From Spirochaetia bacterium (GTDB taxonomy: Bacteria > Spirochaetota > Spirochaetia > CADAEX01), in assembly GCA_963662265.2 (NCBI GenBank), contig CAXXHA010000009.1, forward strand, positions 1-59,322: DNA of 59,322 bases. The letters run 5' to 3'. Made by a program: the position numbers and the translations under genes. Each line of letters begins with the position of its first letter. Position 1 is the stretch's first letter. This document shows positions 19,043 through 27,934 of this stretch, in pieces. The notes below the pieces were generated by a model. It was not told the origin of the DNA, did no database searches, and worked only from the letters and a program-made list of their open reading frames with translations.

Positions 19043-20052
19043 ATAAGAAATTAACCACTATAATACTCACACTTATTGTTCTCGCTGTTGTTCTTATATT
19101 GATGGGTCCGTTCTATATACTCGAAGAGGGACAGCAGTCTGTTGTAATAAGGTTCGGTAAGATTGTTGATTCACACCAGGATGCAGGGCTGAAATTCAAG
19201 ATGCCTTTTGTTGATAATGTTGTAAAATATTCCAACAGAATACTTGCATGGGACGGTGAAGCACAGAGAATACCAACTAAGGAAAACCTCTTCATATGGG
19301 TGGATACAACTGCAAGATGGAAAATCTCTGATCCGGCAAAATTCTATGCATCTGTTACTTCATATGAAAGAGCATACGGAAGGCTTGACGAGGTTATTGA
19401 TTCTTCTGTAAGGACAATTATCTCAAAGAACTTCTTAAGGGAAGCTGTAAGAAACTCCAACCAGATCAATCTGGAAGATGAAGCTGCGGTGGAAACAGAA
19501 GGAATTGAGGGTTCTGAAGTTGAAGACACTTCAATGCAAAAAGAATTAAAAGAACTTGCGAATTTTGCGGAAAGTAAAACATCATATGAAACTATTGAAA
19601 AAGGAAGGCTAAACCTTTCTGATGAGATGTTTGTCGCTGCTAAAAAGCTCACTCCTGAATATGGTATTGAACTAATAGATATTATTATCAGGCAGATAAG
19701 ATATTCAGATGATCTTACCGAAAGTGTATACAACAGGATGATAAAGGACAGGAACCAGATTGCACAGGCCTACAGATCATTCGGGGAAGGTAAGAAGGCT
19801 GAATGGCTCGGTAAGCTTGAAAATGAGCAGAAAAGTATTCTTTCAGGAGCATACAAGACTTCCGAGGAAATCAAAGGTAAGGCTGATGCCGAGGCTACCC
19901 GAATTTATGCACAGTCTTATTCAAAAGACAGGGACTTTTTCGAGTTCTGGCGGTCAATTGAAAGTTACAAGAAGACAATGCCGAAATTCAGCAAAACCCT
20001 TACTACAGATATGGAATACTTTAAATTCCTGAATGAGAAATCACCCAGGTAA
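19039..20052 (+). CDS. hflC: FtsH protease modulator HflC
   Basis: SPFH domain, WVDTTARWKISDP and IKGKADAEATRIYA...FFEFWRSIESY; ATGA overlap with hflK. Confidence 0.95.
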   Translation: MNKKLTTIILTLIVLAVVLILMGPFYILEEGQQSVVIRFGKIVDSHQDAGLKFKMPFVDNVVKYSNRILAWDGEAQRIPTKENLFIWVDTTARWKISDPAKFYASVTSYERAYGRLDEVIDSSVRTIISKNFLREAVRNSNQINLEDEAAVETEGIEGSEVEDTSMQKELKELANFAESKTSYETIEKGRLNLSDEMFVAAKKLTPEYGIELIDIIIRQIRYSDDLTESVYNRMIKDRNQIAQAYRSFGEGKKAEWLGKLENEQKSILSGAYKTSEEIKGKADAEATRIYAQSYSKDRDFFEFWRSIESYKKTMPKFSKTLTTDMEYFKFLNEKSPR

Positions 20053-20114
20053 GTATTGTTTTTAATCGGTTTGTCTTATTCGCGATAAACCGCATAATAT
20101 CATATTTGATGTTT

Positions 20115-20150
20115 AAAACCGCCCTCAGCTGCACTGGGGGCGGTTTTTTT
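20115..20150 (+). terminator. Rho-independent terminator after hflKC, likely bidirectional
   Basis: AAAACCGCCCTCAG...CTGGGGGCGGTTTTTTT between convergent genes. Confidence 0.85.
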
Positions 20151-20168
20151 ATGCCCGGATAGAATAGC

Positions 20169-20594
20169 TTAGCTCCTGTAAAAACTGCTTTCCAGCATGC
20201 ACCTGATCCCGCTTCGGCTTGCTTCGAAGTGGGGTTCCGGCAGGTTTTCAGGAGCCGCCCATATCCAGCCTTCACATTTATCAGGCTCCTTCAGTTCCAC
20301 CTTCCCTTCATAGCTTTCTGCAAGAAGTATAACAGATATGTAATGCCTGCCTGACTCTTTAAATGTTTCCAGATCGTTTGTAACAGCTATGACTCGCATA
20401 TTTTCAGGATTGATGACAATACCTGTCTCCTCAAGGATTTCTCTTGCCCCACAGCTTTCAAAGCTCTCACCCTCTTCAAGATGACCTCCGGGAATTGAAT
20501 AGTAGGGGGCATGAGATGTTTTTCTCCTGCCGACAAGAATTTCCCCTTCTCTGTTTTTTATGATGACACCCACTCCTACCCTTACAATTCCCAT
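20169..20594 (-). CDS. NUDIX hydrolase (NUDT15/MutT-like)
   Basis: Nudix box GGHLEEGESFESCGAREILEETGI, plus EPDKCEGWIW. Confidence 0.9.
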   Translation of the reverse strand: MGIVRVGVGVIIKNREGEILVGRRKTSHAPYYSIPGGHLEEGESFESCGAREILEETGIVINPENMRVIAVTNDLETFKESGRHYISVILLAESYEGKVELKEPDKCEGWIWAAPENLPEPHFEASRSGIRCMLESSFYRS

Positions 20595-20757
20595 TGTTAT
20601 TCTCTCCTGTAAAAACCCATTAAAATATCAGTACACCATCCGATCCAGAAAAAAAATCCCACCAGATAGAATTCAATTAAATCAAAATACAATCTATATC
20701 TTTACTTATTTTCAAAATTACGCAGCAAACAGCAGGACATTAAACCCGGCCTGCGAA

Positions 20758-20793
20758 TAAAAAAACAGACAGCCCTGTATCAACAGAGGCTGC
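20758..20793 (-). terminator. Rho-independent terminator after the P83/100 gene
   Basis: CAGCC-CTGT/ACAG-A-GGCTG stem with a T run on the minus strand. Confidence 0.6.
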
Positions 20794-20824
20794 CCTTCCT
20801 TTTATTAATCACTGCTTATGTAAA

Positions 20825-22375
20825 TCACTCAACCGGTGACAATGTTTCAGTATTGAGAGCTTTAATCTCCCCGCCGCTGTTTTGGAAGAATATTTTCCTG
20901 TTTTCAGGATCATGGAAAATAAAAGTATCAGCAAGCGCAGTTTCATCTGAAGAGGACTCAAGAACCAGATCGGCCGAAAATTTACCGATTTTATAACTTC
21001 CGTTATCATCAACAACAGCATAGATAAATCCGCTCTTTTCACAGATAACAGTATCGCGGTAAATATTCGCTTCGGAGCGTGCTTTAACCGAGAGAGTATT
21101 TTTGTCTATTTTCATGAGGTTGAACTTATTTCCGTCATCTGATCCTGTAATCAGGAGAGATGAGCCCGGGAGTTCCATGAAGCCCCGGATCCCCGACTTT
21201 TTAACAGAAGCTTTTTCTCCAACCTCTCCTGTGCTGCTGTCAAGAAGCACTATTTCGCCATACTTGCCGTCGCTGTCTGTTAATACCTTTATAAAGAAAG
21301 TTTCATCAGATTTTCTTATTTCTCCAGTGACAGATGATGTTTCCTCTGCTTCAGTTTTATTATCAAGCAGCTTGTTTGTATCAGCTGCAATAACATCCCG
21401 CTCTTCTGATATTTCAGCTTTTTCCTCTTCAATTGCCTCTGTTTCTGCTTTTACTTTTTCAATTTCCTTATCAAGGTCATCCTCTTTTTTTACAATTTCC
21501 TCTTTCTTGTCTGAGAGTTTCTTTTTTTCCTCTTCATATTCCTTTTCAGTCACAGTGCCTGCAGTTTTCTTTTCTTCAAGCTCCTTTATATCCTCTTCAA
21601 CTTTTTCCTTTTCCTCTGAAGCCTTTTCCTTTTCCTTTACAATCTGCTCCTCTTTTTCCGCTGCCTTATCAAGATCTTTTTCAAGTTCCTTTTCCCGGAG
21701 CTCGACCATCTCCTTCCTGGGTCCTACACCCATATCCTCGTTTTTCCTGAGATCCTCGATAACTTCCTTGTCAGACAGCTCTCCGGGACTTAAAGAAGGG
21801 GCATCCCCGTTTTTTCCATTCCTGAGAGGTATAACAATCCGGGTCTTCCCGGGCCAGTTTTTGTAGTGAATATCAAGGCCTGCGTTTTCTGAACTTATAT
21901 TAACAAGAACCATGTTGTTGTATTTTGTTTCAAAATACTCTGTCTTTCCCCTGAATACAGCGTTGTAGTAGGTTATGAACTCTGCAAGAAGAGATGAATC
22001 GCTGTCTGAATACCCATAGGCAGTCTTGAGATAACCGGAGAGGATAAGCCGTAAATTTCTTATATGGTCGACATTTGCGTGTTTTTCAAGAATAAAGATA
22101 TCTGCGCCCAGTTTTTCAGGTTCTGTCGGATCTACAAGATGAAGTACCCTGTATTTCCCTGACAGCGAAACATTCTGCTTTCCCTGTATATCATATCCAA
22201 GTGATGTACCTATTGAATATATTTCCTTCCTGGTATCAATCTTGTCATGTGTGCCAGTATAATTTATGAATTCCACTTCCTGCTTATTCATTTCAAGTTC
22301 TTCCCGGTCCACATCATATGCAAACAAATTGAAAGCAACAGCAGAAATAAACAGACTGATTAATAACTTTTTCAT
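20825..22375 (-). CDS. P83/100-family spirochaete periplasmic protein
   Basis: Signal peptide, VEFINYTG, GADIFIL...VDHIRNLRLILSGYL, YNAVFRG and WPGKTRIVIPL, then an E/K coiled coil and a beta-rich C-terminus. Confidence 0.85.
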   Translation of the reverse strand: MKKLLISLFISAVAFNLFAYDVDREELEMNKQEVEFINYTGTHDKIDTRKEIYSIGTSLGYDIQGKQNVSLSGKYRVLHLVDPTEPEKLGADIFILEKHANVDHIRNLRLILSGYLKTAYGYSDSDSSLLAEFITYYNAVFRGKTEYFETKYNNMVLVNISSENAGLDIHYKNWPGKTRIVIPLRNGKNGDAPSLSPGELSDKEVIEDLRKNEDMGVGPRKEMVELREKELEKDLDKAAEKEEQIVKEKEKASEEKEKVEEDIKELEEKKTAGTVTEKEYEEEKKKLSDKKEEIVKKEDDLDKEIEKVKAETEAIEEEKAEISEERDVIAADTNKLLDNKTEAEETSSVTGEIRKSDETFFIKVLTDSDGKYGEIVLLDSSTGEVGEKASVKKSGIRGFMELPGSSLLITGSDDGNKFNLMKIDKNTLSVKARSEANIYRDTVICEKSGFIYAVVDDNGSYKIGKFSADLVLESSSDETALADTFIFHDPENRKIFFQNSGGEIKALNTETLSPVE

Positions 22376-22386
22376 AATATACCCCT

Positions 22387-24162
22387 TTAATACTGCTTTT
22401 TCACAAGCAGTCTGATTATTTTATTTTTAAGTTCACTGTCTTTATGAATATCCATGATCCCGAGAAGCAGTCTGCTGTATTCGGCAGGCAGATATCCGTT
22501 GTATGATGCTATATCAGATGCTGCATCGGCAACAGCTGTACAGATTCTCCTGTCGTAATCAGTCCTTTCAAGAACATCTTTGAATGCATTGAAAGTCTGA
22601 AGATCAGGATCACTTCCCCCTTTTCCGAGAAGTTCTATATCTTTAATAATAACATATTCATCATTTTCTGCATTAATCATTTTTCTTATCATTGATAAAG
22701 ACCTGACTGTTCCCGCAGAATATATAAGAGAAGAAGCCCTGCTCCGCATCAGGGCGCCGCCGTCGTTTGAAGAATTGTTACGGTTAATCGTAACAGTCCC
22801 CTCTGTCCCGAGCCGGAAGAGTATATCAAGTATTTCATATTCATATCCCGACATTCCCCCCTCCTGAATCAGGTCTTCAATGAGGGAAAGTGATTTTAGC
22901 CTGTTTTCATATCTTTCCGACAGGGAGAGTTCATTGATATACCGGAGGGAAGCGGATAGATTATTCCCGGAGGATTCGCTGTTCAGGGGATATTTTTCTT
23001 TAACTGACCGGTCTTTATCATTTACTCTGAAAAAATAAAGAATCCAGTCAAGTCCCCCGAAAACCATGCTGTTCTCCCCTGCATAGCATGGAGACGGGAA
23101 TTCACCCCCTGATGAATCACTGAATCCGTGTACAGATTCACCGGGAACAGCTATCCTGTCAAGGAATTCAAGATCCCTGCTGTATATCCTGACATGGCTG
23201 TCGCGGTTTATAAGGTAGATATAATTATCAAGAACAGTAAATTTACCTCCCCCTCCGCTTAATTTTTTCTTTTTCAGTATTGTGCCGGATTTGTCAATCC
23301 TGTAAAGAGTGCTTTCCGATGTGAGAAGATAAATTATTCTACTGTTTATTTTTATATCTTCAGGAACACTGTCTGTCTTAACAGACCACTTCTCCCTGAA
23401 ATTCCTGTCAAGAAGAGAAACCTCACAGTTTTCTTTATTCCGGCTTTTAACTGTATCTGAACCGGCTGTATTTGCATCAGCTGTACCTGATGCTTTTCCG
23501 CCGGATACAGGGATTCTGTCTACCTTAAAAAGATATCCTGATACAGAAAAAAAAGAAACTGTATTCTTCTGTTCAGGGACAGATCCTGTCTTCCCCCTGT
23601 CTGTAATATACATGAACTTTGAATTATCATGGTAGATAATCCCCCGGTAAGCGGAAACAGGGTTTATCTTTTGATTTATTTCAACCTTTTTTTCCCATCT
23701 GAGCCTTCCGTTCAGCGCATATGACTTTACAGTATTGCCTGAGCAGAAAAGTACTATGTTGCCGCTGCTGTTTACAAGCGGGGGAAACATAGGCAGCTTG
23801 TTCTGCTTTACAAGCCACAGAAGCTTCCCTCCCCTGTTATATGCGCGGAGCGTCCTGTCGGAAAAATAACAGTAGAATGTTCCGTCTCTTCCCTCTGCAG
23901 GAGAAAAGCGGGGTGATGATGTGAGTTTGATTTTTCTGATGAGCCTGCCGCTTTTATATATGTAGAGCCTTGAATCTTCCGAAAAGAGATAAAGTTTATC
24001 TGTATCTTCAGAATAGAAGGGGGTAAAATATTTCCCCCCGGATGAGATCCTGTTTTCAATCCCAATCATGCTGTTCAGGCTTTTAGCCTCTTTTAAATCA
24101 AAACCACTCAGGTTGAGAGCTGTAAAGAGAATAAAAACCGGCAGAAGAATTATTTTCCTCAT
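22387..24162 (-). CDS. Exported PQQ-like beta-propeller repeat protein with a helical (HEAT-like) C-terminus
   Basis: Signal peptide, repeats such as LRAYNRGGKLLW and VKSYALNGRLRW, and a helical C-terminal third. Confidence 0.7.
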   Translation of the reverse strand: MRKIILLPVFILFTALNLSGFDLKEAKSLNSMIGIENRISSGGKYFTPFYSEDTDKLYLFSEDSRLYIYKSGRLIRKIKLTSSPRFSPAEGRDGTFYCYFSDRTLRAYNRGGKLLWLVKQNKLPMFPPLVNSSGNIVLFCSGNTVKSYALNGRLRWEKKVEINQKINPVSAYRGIIYHDNSKFMYITDRGKTGSVPEQKNTVSFFSVSGYLFKVDRIPVSGGKASGTADANTAGSDTVKSRNKENCEVSLLDRNFREKWSVKTDSVPEDIKINSRIIYLLTSESTLYRIDKSGTILKKKKLSGGGGKFTVLDNYIYLINRDSHVRIYSRDLEFLDRIAVPGESVHGFSDSSGGEFPSPCYAGENSMVFGGLDWILYFFRVNDKDRSVKEKYPLNSESSGNNLSASLRYINELSLSERYENRLKSLSLIEDLIQEGGMSGYEYEILDILFRLGTEGTVTINRNNSSNDGGALMRSRASSLIYSAGTVRSLSMIRKMINAENDEYVIIKDIELLGKGGSDPDLQTFNAFKDVLERTDYDRRICTAVADAASDIASYNGYLPAEYSRLLLGIMDIHKDSELKNKIIRLLVKKQY

Positions 24163-25385
24163 TATTTCCTGACCAGGACTGCAAGCGTCTCGGCATGCGG
24201 AGTCTGGGGATAAAAATCATATATTTTAACCATTTTTATATTATAACACTCTGAAAGATCGCCTGCATCCCTCGCCATTGTCGCATAATCACATGAAAGA
24301 TAAATAAGGATTTCCGGTGATATATTTTTCAGGTATCTCCTGACATCCTTTGACAGCCCTGTCCTCGGGGGATCGGTAATAACAGTATCAGGGTTTAAAA
24401 CAGGGTTTTTCCCCTTCTTTCTTCCCCTGCCTGAGCTTATATACTTCTCAACAGTACAGGGAAAGAACTTTTTCTCAAGGTTGTCCCTACCTGGAATATT
24501 TCTCTTTCCGCACTCAAGCGCCCTGCTGTTTTCTTCAACCGATATTATCCTGCTGAATTTATCAGAAAGCGCTGTCCCGAAAACTGCAGCTCCTGCATAG
24601 AGGTCAAGAAGAGTATTCCCAGCTGCATGTTTTCTTATTTCTTCTATTGCCTTTTTAAAAAGACTTATATTGCTCTGGAAAAAAGATCCCGGATCTGTTT
24701 CTATCTGGAAATTTCCAAGGCCTACCTTTACAGGGCTGTTATCATCTGTCGAAAGATAAACCTCCCTGCTGTCAGGGGAAAACACAACTGTCCTCTCCCC
24801 TATCTTCCTCTCCCCGGATGACAGATATGAGTTTATCCCGTCATTGCACACAGGGCAGCTTTCAACAGCAACTACCCTGCTTCCTTTTCTTTCCCTGAAT
24901 CCGCTTTCCCCATCACCTGCGGGGTGTAGCTGTATCCTGCACCTGTAGCTGTATGGGGAGCCTGAAACAATTTCAGGCTCAGGTATGCTTATCCTGCCGT
25001 TACGCATAAAAGCTTCAGTCACAAGCTCTTTCTTTATTTCAAGCTGCCTCTCATAGTTTATATGCTGAAGTGAACATCCACCGCATCTTGTATAGTATCT
25101 GCATGGGGCATCAACACGGTCTGGAGAAGACTCGACTACTTCGAGAAGCCTGCCTTCAAGGAATTTTTTTCCTGAAAGGTCTATTTCAGCAAGAATTCTT
25201 TCCCCCGGGACAGTGAACGGAATAAAAACAGCCCTGCCCGAGTATCTGGCAAGGCCGCATCCGTTTGATATTATTTTTTCTATTACAAGTTCTGTTTTTA
25301 TTTTATCAGATTGAGAGTCTGTTATGTCCATGGTAATAGCTGTCTCTAAGCTTTTTAATATCTTCATCAACAAGATAATCGTCAA
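24162..25385 (-). CDS. rlmD: RlmD/TrmA-family RNA (uracil-5)-methyltransferase with TRAM domain
   Basis: AVFIPFTVPGE, CRYYTRCGGC [4Fe-4S] motif, SFFQSN, DLYAG, DPPRTGL, YLSCD and DFYPQTPHAE. The true start is probably ~25331. The exact paralogue is uncertain. Confidence 0.85.
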   Translation of the reverse strand: MTIILLMKILKSLETAITMDITDSQSDKIKTELVIEKIISNGCGLARYSGRAVFIPFTVPGERILAEIDLSGKKFLEGRLLEVVESSPDRVDAPCRYYTRCGGCSLQHINYERQLEIKKELVTEAFMRNGRISIPEPEIVSGSPYSYRCRIQLHPAGDGESGFRERKGSRVVAVESCPVCNDGINSYLSSGERKIGERTVVFSPDSREVYLSTDDNSPVKVGLGNFQIETDPGSFFQSNISLFKKAIEEIRKHAAGNTLLDLYAGAAVFGTALSDKFSRIISVEENSRALECGKRNIPGRDNLEKKFFPCTVEKYISSGRGRKKGKNPVLNPDTVITDPPRTGLSKDVRRYLKNISPEILIYLSCDYATMARDAGDLSECYNIKMVKIYDFYPQTPHAETLAVLVRK

Positions 25386-26943
25386 ATCTCATCATTTTAT
25401 CAATAACATTATTGTCGGGACAGAATTCGATGAGCCGGGTTGCAACTGTATCTACAAACTGATGGTCATGGGACGCAAAGAGAATTACTTCAGTAAAATC
25501 AATGAGGCCTGTATTGAGCGCCTGTATTGATTCAAGGTCAAGGTGGTTTGTAGGCTCATCAAAAATAAGAACATTTGCAAATGAAAGCATGATCTTTGAA
25601 AGCATGCATCTTACCTTTTCACCCCCGGAAAGAACACTCACCTTTTTCTGTGTCTCATCGCCGGAAAAAAGCATTCTGCCGAGGAAGCCTCGTACCTCGC
25701 TCTCCTCTTCAATATCAGTGTACTGCCTGAGCCAGTCAACAAGGTTTAAGTCTGTATCAAAGTATTCTGTGTTGTCTTTGGGATAGTATGAATGATTTAT
25801 TGTAACACCCCATTCAATACTACCAGAATCAGGCTCAAGTTCTCCCTCAAGTATCTGGAAGAGTGTTGTCTTTGCAAGGTGGTCGGGGCCTACAAATGCT
25901 ATCTTGTCCCCCTTCTGAATCTCCATATTGAAATTCTTGAGAACTTCAATACCGTCCACTGTCTTGCAAAGGTCATCCACTTTGAGAATAATCTTTCCGC
26001 ATTCTCTTTCAGGCTTGAAATTAACATACGGAAATTTTCTTGAAGTGGAAGGCATATCTTCGAGTGTGAGCTTGTCAATAAGCTTTTTCCTGGAGGTTGC
26101 CTGTCTTGCTTTTGACGCGTTTGAGCTGAACCTCTGGATAAACTCCTTGAGTTCGCTTACCTTGTCCTCTCTTCTCTTTTTCTCATCTTTTCTCTGTTTC
26201 GCCGCAAGCTGGCTTGCCATATACCAGAAGTCATAGTTCCCTACATAGAGACTTATTTTTGCAAAATCAATATCTGCAATATGGGTACATACCTGGTTGA
26301 GGAAGTGCCTGTCATGGGATACAACAATTACAGTGTTGTTGAATTTTGAGAGGAAATCCTCCAGCCACTTGATTGATTCAAGGTCAAGGTGGTTGGTCGG
26401 CTCATCAAGTAGAAGAATGTCGGGATTGCCGAACAATGCCTGTGCAAGAAGAACTCTTACCTTCTCACCACCTTCAAGTTCGCTCATTTTCTTTTCATGG
26501 AGATCTTCTCTTACTCCAAGACCAGAAAGAAGAATACCTGCCTCGGATTCTGCTTCCCATCCGTTAAGATCCGCAAAATCACTTTCAAGCTGGGATGCTC
26601 TCATGCCGTCCTCTTCAGAGAAATCCTCTTTCATATAGATTTCATCTTTCTCAACCATGATATCATAGAGCTTTTTGTGTCCCATGATTACAGTATGCAT
26701 AACTGTATAATCATCAAATTCAAAATGGTCCTGCTTAAGAACAGCCATTCTCTCACCCGGAGTTATAATTACATCTCCGTCGTAATTATCAATATCATTG
26801 GACAATATTTTTAAAAATGTAGATTTTCCCGATCCGTTGGCCCCGATGAGACCGTAGCAGTTCCCCGGAGAGAACTTCAGGTTAACATCTTTGAATAATA
26901 CTCTTTCACCGAATTTAAGAGTTACATTACTGGTACTGATCAA
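25306..26943 (-). CDS. ABC-F family ATPase (YbiT-like translation factor)
   Basis: Two ABC domains (GANGSGKST, LLLDEPTNHLD; LSGGEKVRC, FDEPTNHLD), no TM segments, TTG start. Confidence 0.92.
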   Translation of the reverse strand: MISTSNVTLKFGERVLFKDVNLKFSPGNCYGLIGANGSGKSTFLKILSNDIDNYDGDVIITPGERMAVLKQDHFEFDDYTVMHTVIMGHKKLYDIMVEKDEIYMKEDFSEEDGMRASQLESDFADLNGWEAESEAGILLSGLGVREDLHEKKMSELEGGEKVRVLLAQALFGNPDILLLDEPTNHLDLESIKWLEDFLSKFNNTVIVVSHDRHFLNQVCTHIADIDFAKISLYVGNYDFWYMASQLAAKQRKDEKKRREDKVSELKEFIQRFSSNASKARQATSRKKLIDKLTLEDMPSTSRKFPYVNFKPERECGKIILKVDDLCKTVDGIEVLKNFNMEIQKGDKIAFVGPDHLAKTTLFQILEGELEPDSGSIEWGVTINHSYYPKDNTEYFDTDLNLVDWLRQYTDIEEESEVRGFLGRMLFSGDETQKKVSVLSGGEKVRCMLSKIMLSFANVLIFDEPTNHLDLESIQALNTGLIDFTEVILFASHDHQFVDTVATRLIEFCPDNNVIDKMMRFDDYLVDEDIKKLRDSYYHGHNRLSI

Positions 26944-27160
26944 CTGATTTTCCTGCCTTTGTATATGAGTTTCAGGCCTGAAATAGTGCCTGATTTTATA
27001 TTAAATTACCGATATCAATGCGGTATAATTTCTCAGATAAGTTTAGCCGTATAATATAATTACTGCGGGGTTTTTTCAAGGGGCGGGGAATTTTATCTGC
27101 CTGTTAAAATTTCAGGCTGAGAAACATATTCCCCTCTGAAATTATATCAGAAAATACTGC

Positions 27161-27925
27161 TCAAGTCTTTATTCTGCCAAGAATTCGAAGCAGGCCGTCA
27201 AGAATTGTCACAGGGTTCGGGGGACAGCCGGGAATATACAGATCGACAGGAATAACTGAATCAACACCGCAGAGAGTCGCATCATCATCTGAAAAAAGTC
27301 CCCCCGATATTGCGCAGCTTCCGACAGCAATTACTATTTTGGGTTCCGGGACTGCTTCGTAAGCCTTCAGAAGAGCATCTTTCATGTTTTCTGTTACAGG
27401 TCCTGTAACAAGAAGGCCGTCTGCATGCCGTGGTGATGCTGTAAATTTAATGCCGAATCTGCCAAGGTCCCACCCTACTGTTGTAAGCACATTTGTGTCA
27501 GCTTCACATGCATTACAGCCTCCTGCACTGACCTGCCGGAGGGAGAGAGATCTTTTGAAAATCCTTAGCATTTCCCTCTTCAGAGTTCCTGTTTTCTCAA
27601 GGATTGTTTTATCAGTAAGAAGAAGAGAAGATCTTTCAGACACAGCCATGCTGAAATCCTTTGAAAATGATATGCAGTTATAAGCGCATGCATCAGAGCA
27701 TCTCCTGCAGAAGATACATTTTCCGAGATCAAGTACCGGCTTCCCCCCTTTTTTTGAAAGAGCATCCACAGGGCATATATCAATACAGATCTTACATTCA
27801 TCCGGGCAGCTTTCAGCTTTTAAAACAGGTATCCCGAGGTATCTTTCCGGCATTTCAGGAGACACTGCAGGGAATTTCATTGTTCTGTATTTCTGATGTA
27901 TTCTGGACTTTAGGATTTTAAACAT
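27161..27925 (-). CDS. ehrS: Ehr/hydrogenase-4-like small subunit (NuoB/HycG-like) fused to an N-terminal 2x[4Fe-4S] NuoI/HycF-like domain
   Basis: CPDECKICIDICP and CIFCRRCSDAC clusters, then GGCNACE, SPRHAD, GSCAISGG and PGCPP. Confidence 0.88.
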   Translation of the reverse strand: MFKILKSRIHQKYRTMKFPAVSPEMPERYLGIPVLKAESCPDECKICIDICPVDALSKKGGKPVLDLGKCIFCRRCSDACAYNCISFSKDFSMAVSERSSLLLTDKTILEKTGTLKREMLRIFKRSLSLRQVSAGGCNACEADTNVLTTVGWDLGRFGIKFTASPRHADGLLVTGPVTENMKDALLKAYEAVPEPKIVIAVGSCAISGGLFSDDDATLCGVDSVIPVDLYIPGCPPNPVTILDGLLRILGRIKT

Positions 27926-27934
27926 AAACTACCT

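Noticed and set aside
21102-21866. Long antisense ORFs (e.g. 21102..21866, 16002..16562, 56613..57059) and ORFs within rnpB
   Set aside because: These are shadow frames of real genes or RNA, with S/F-rich composition mirroring E/K codons and no motifs.
26944-27080. Leader-peptide attenuator for the ABC-F gene
   Set aside because: A promoter (TTGAAA-17-TATTAT) and small hairpins are present, but there is no ATG uORF with an SD and no terminator with a U tract.
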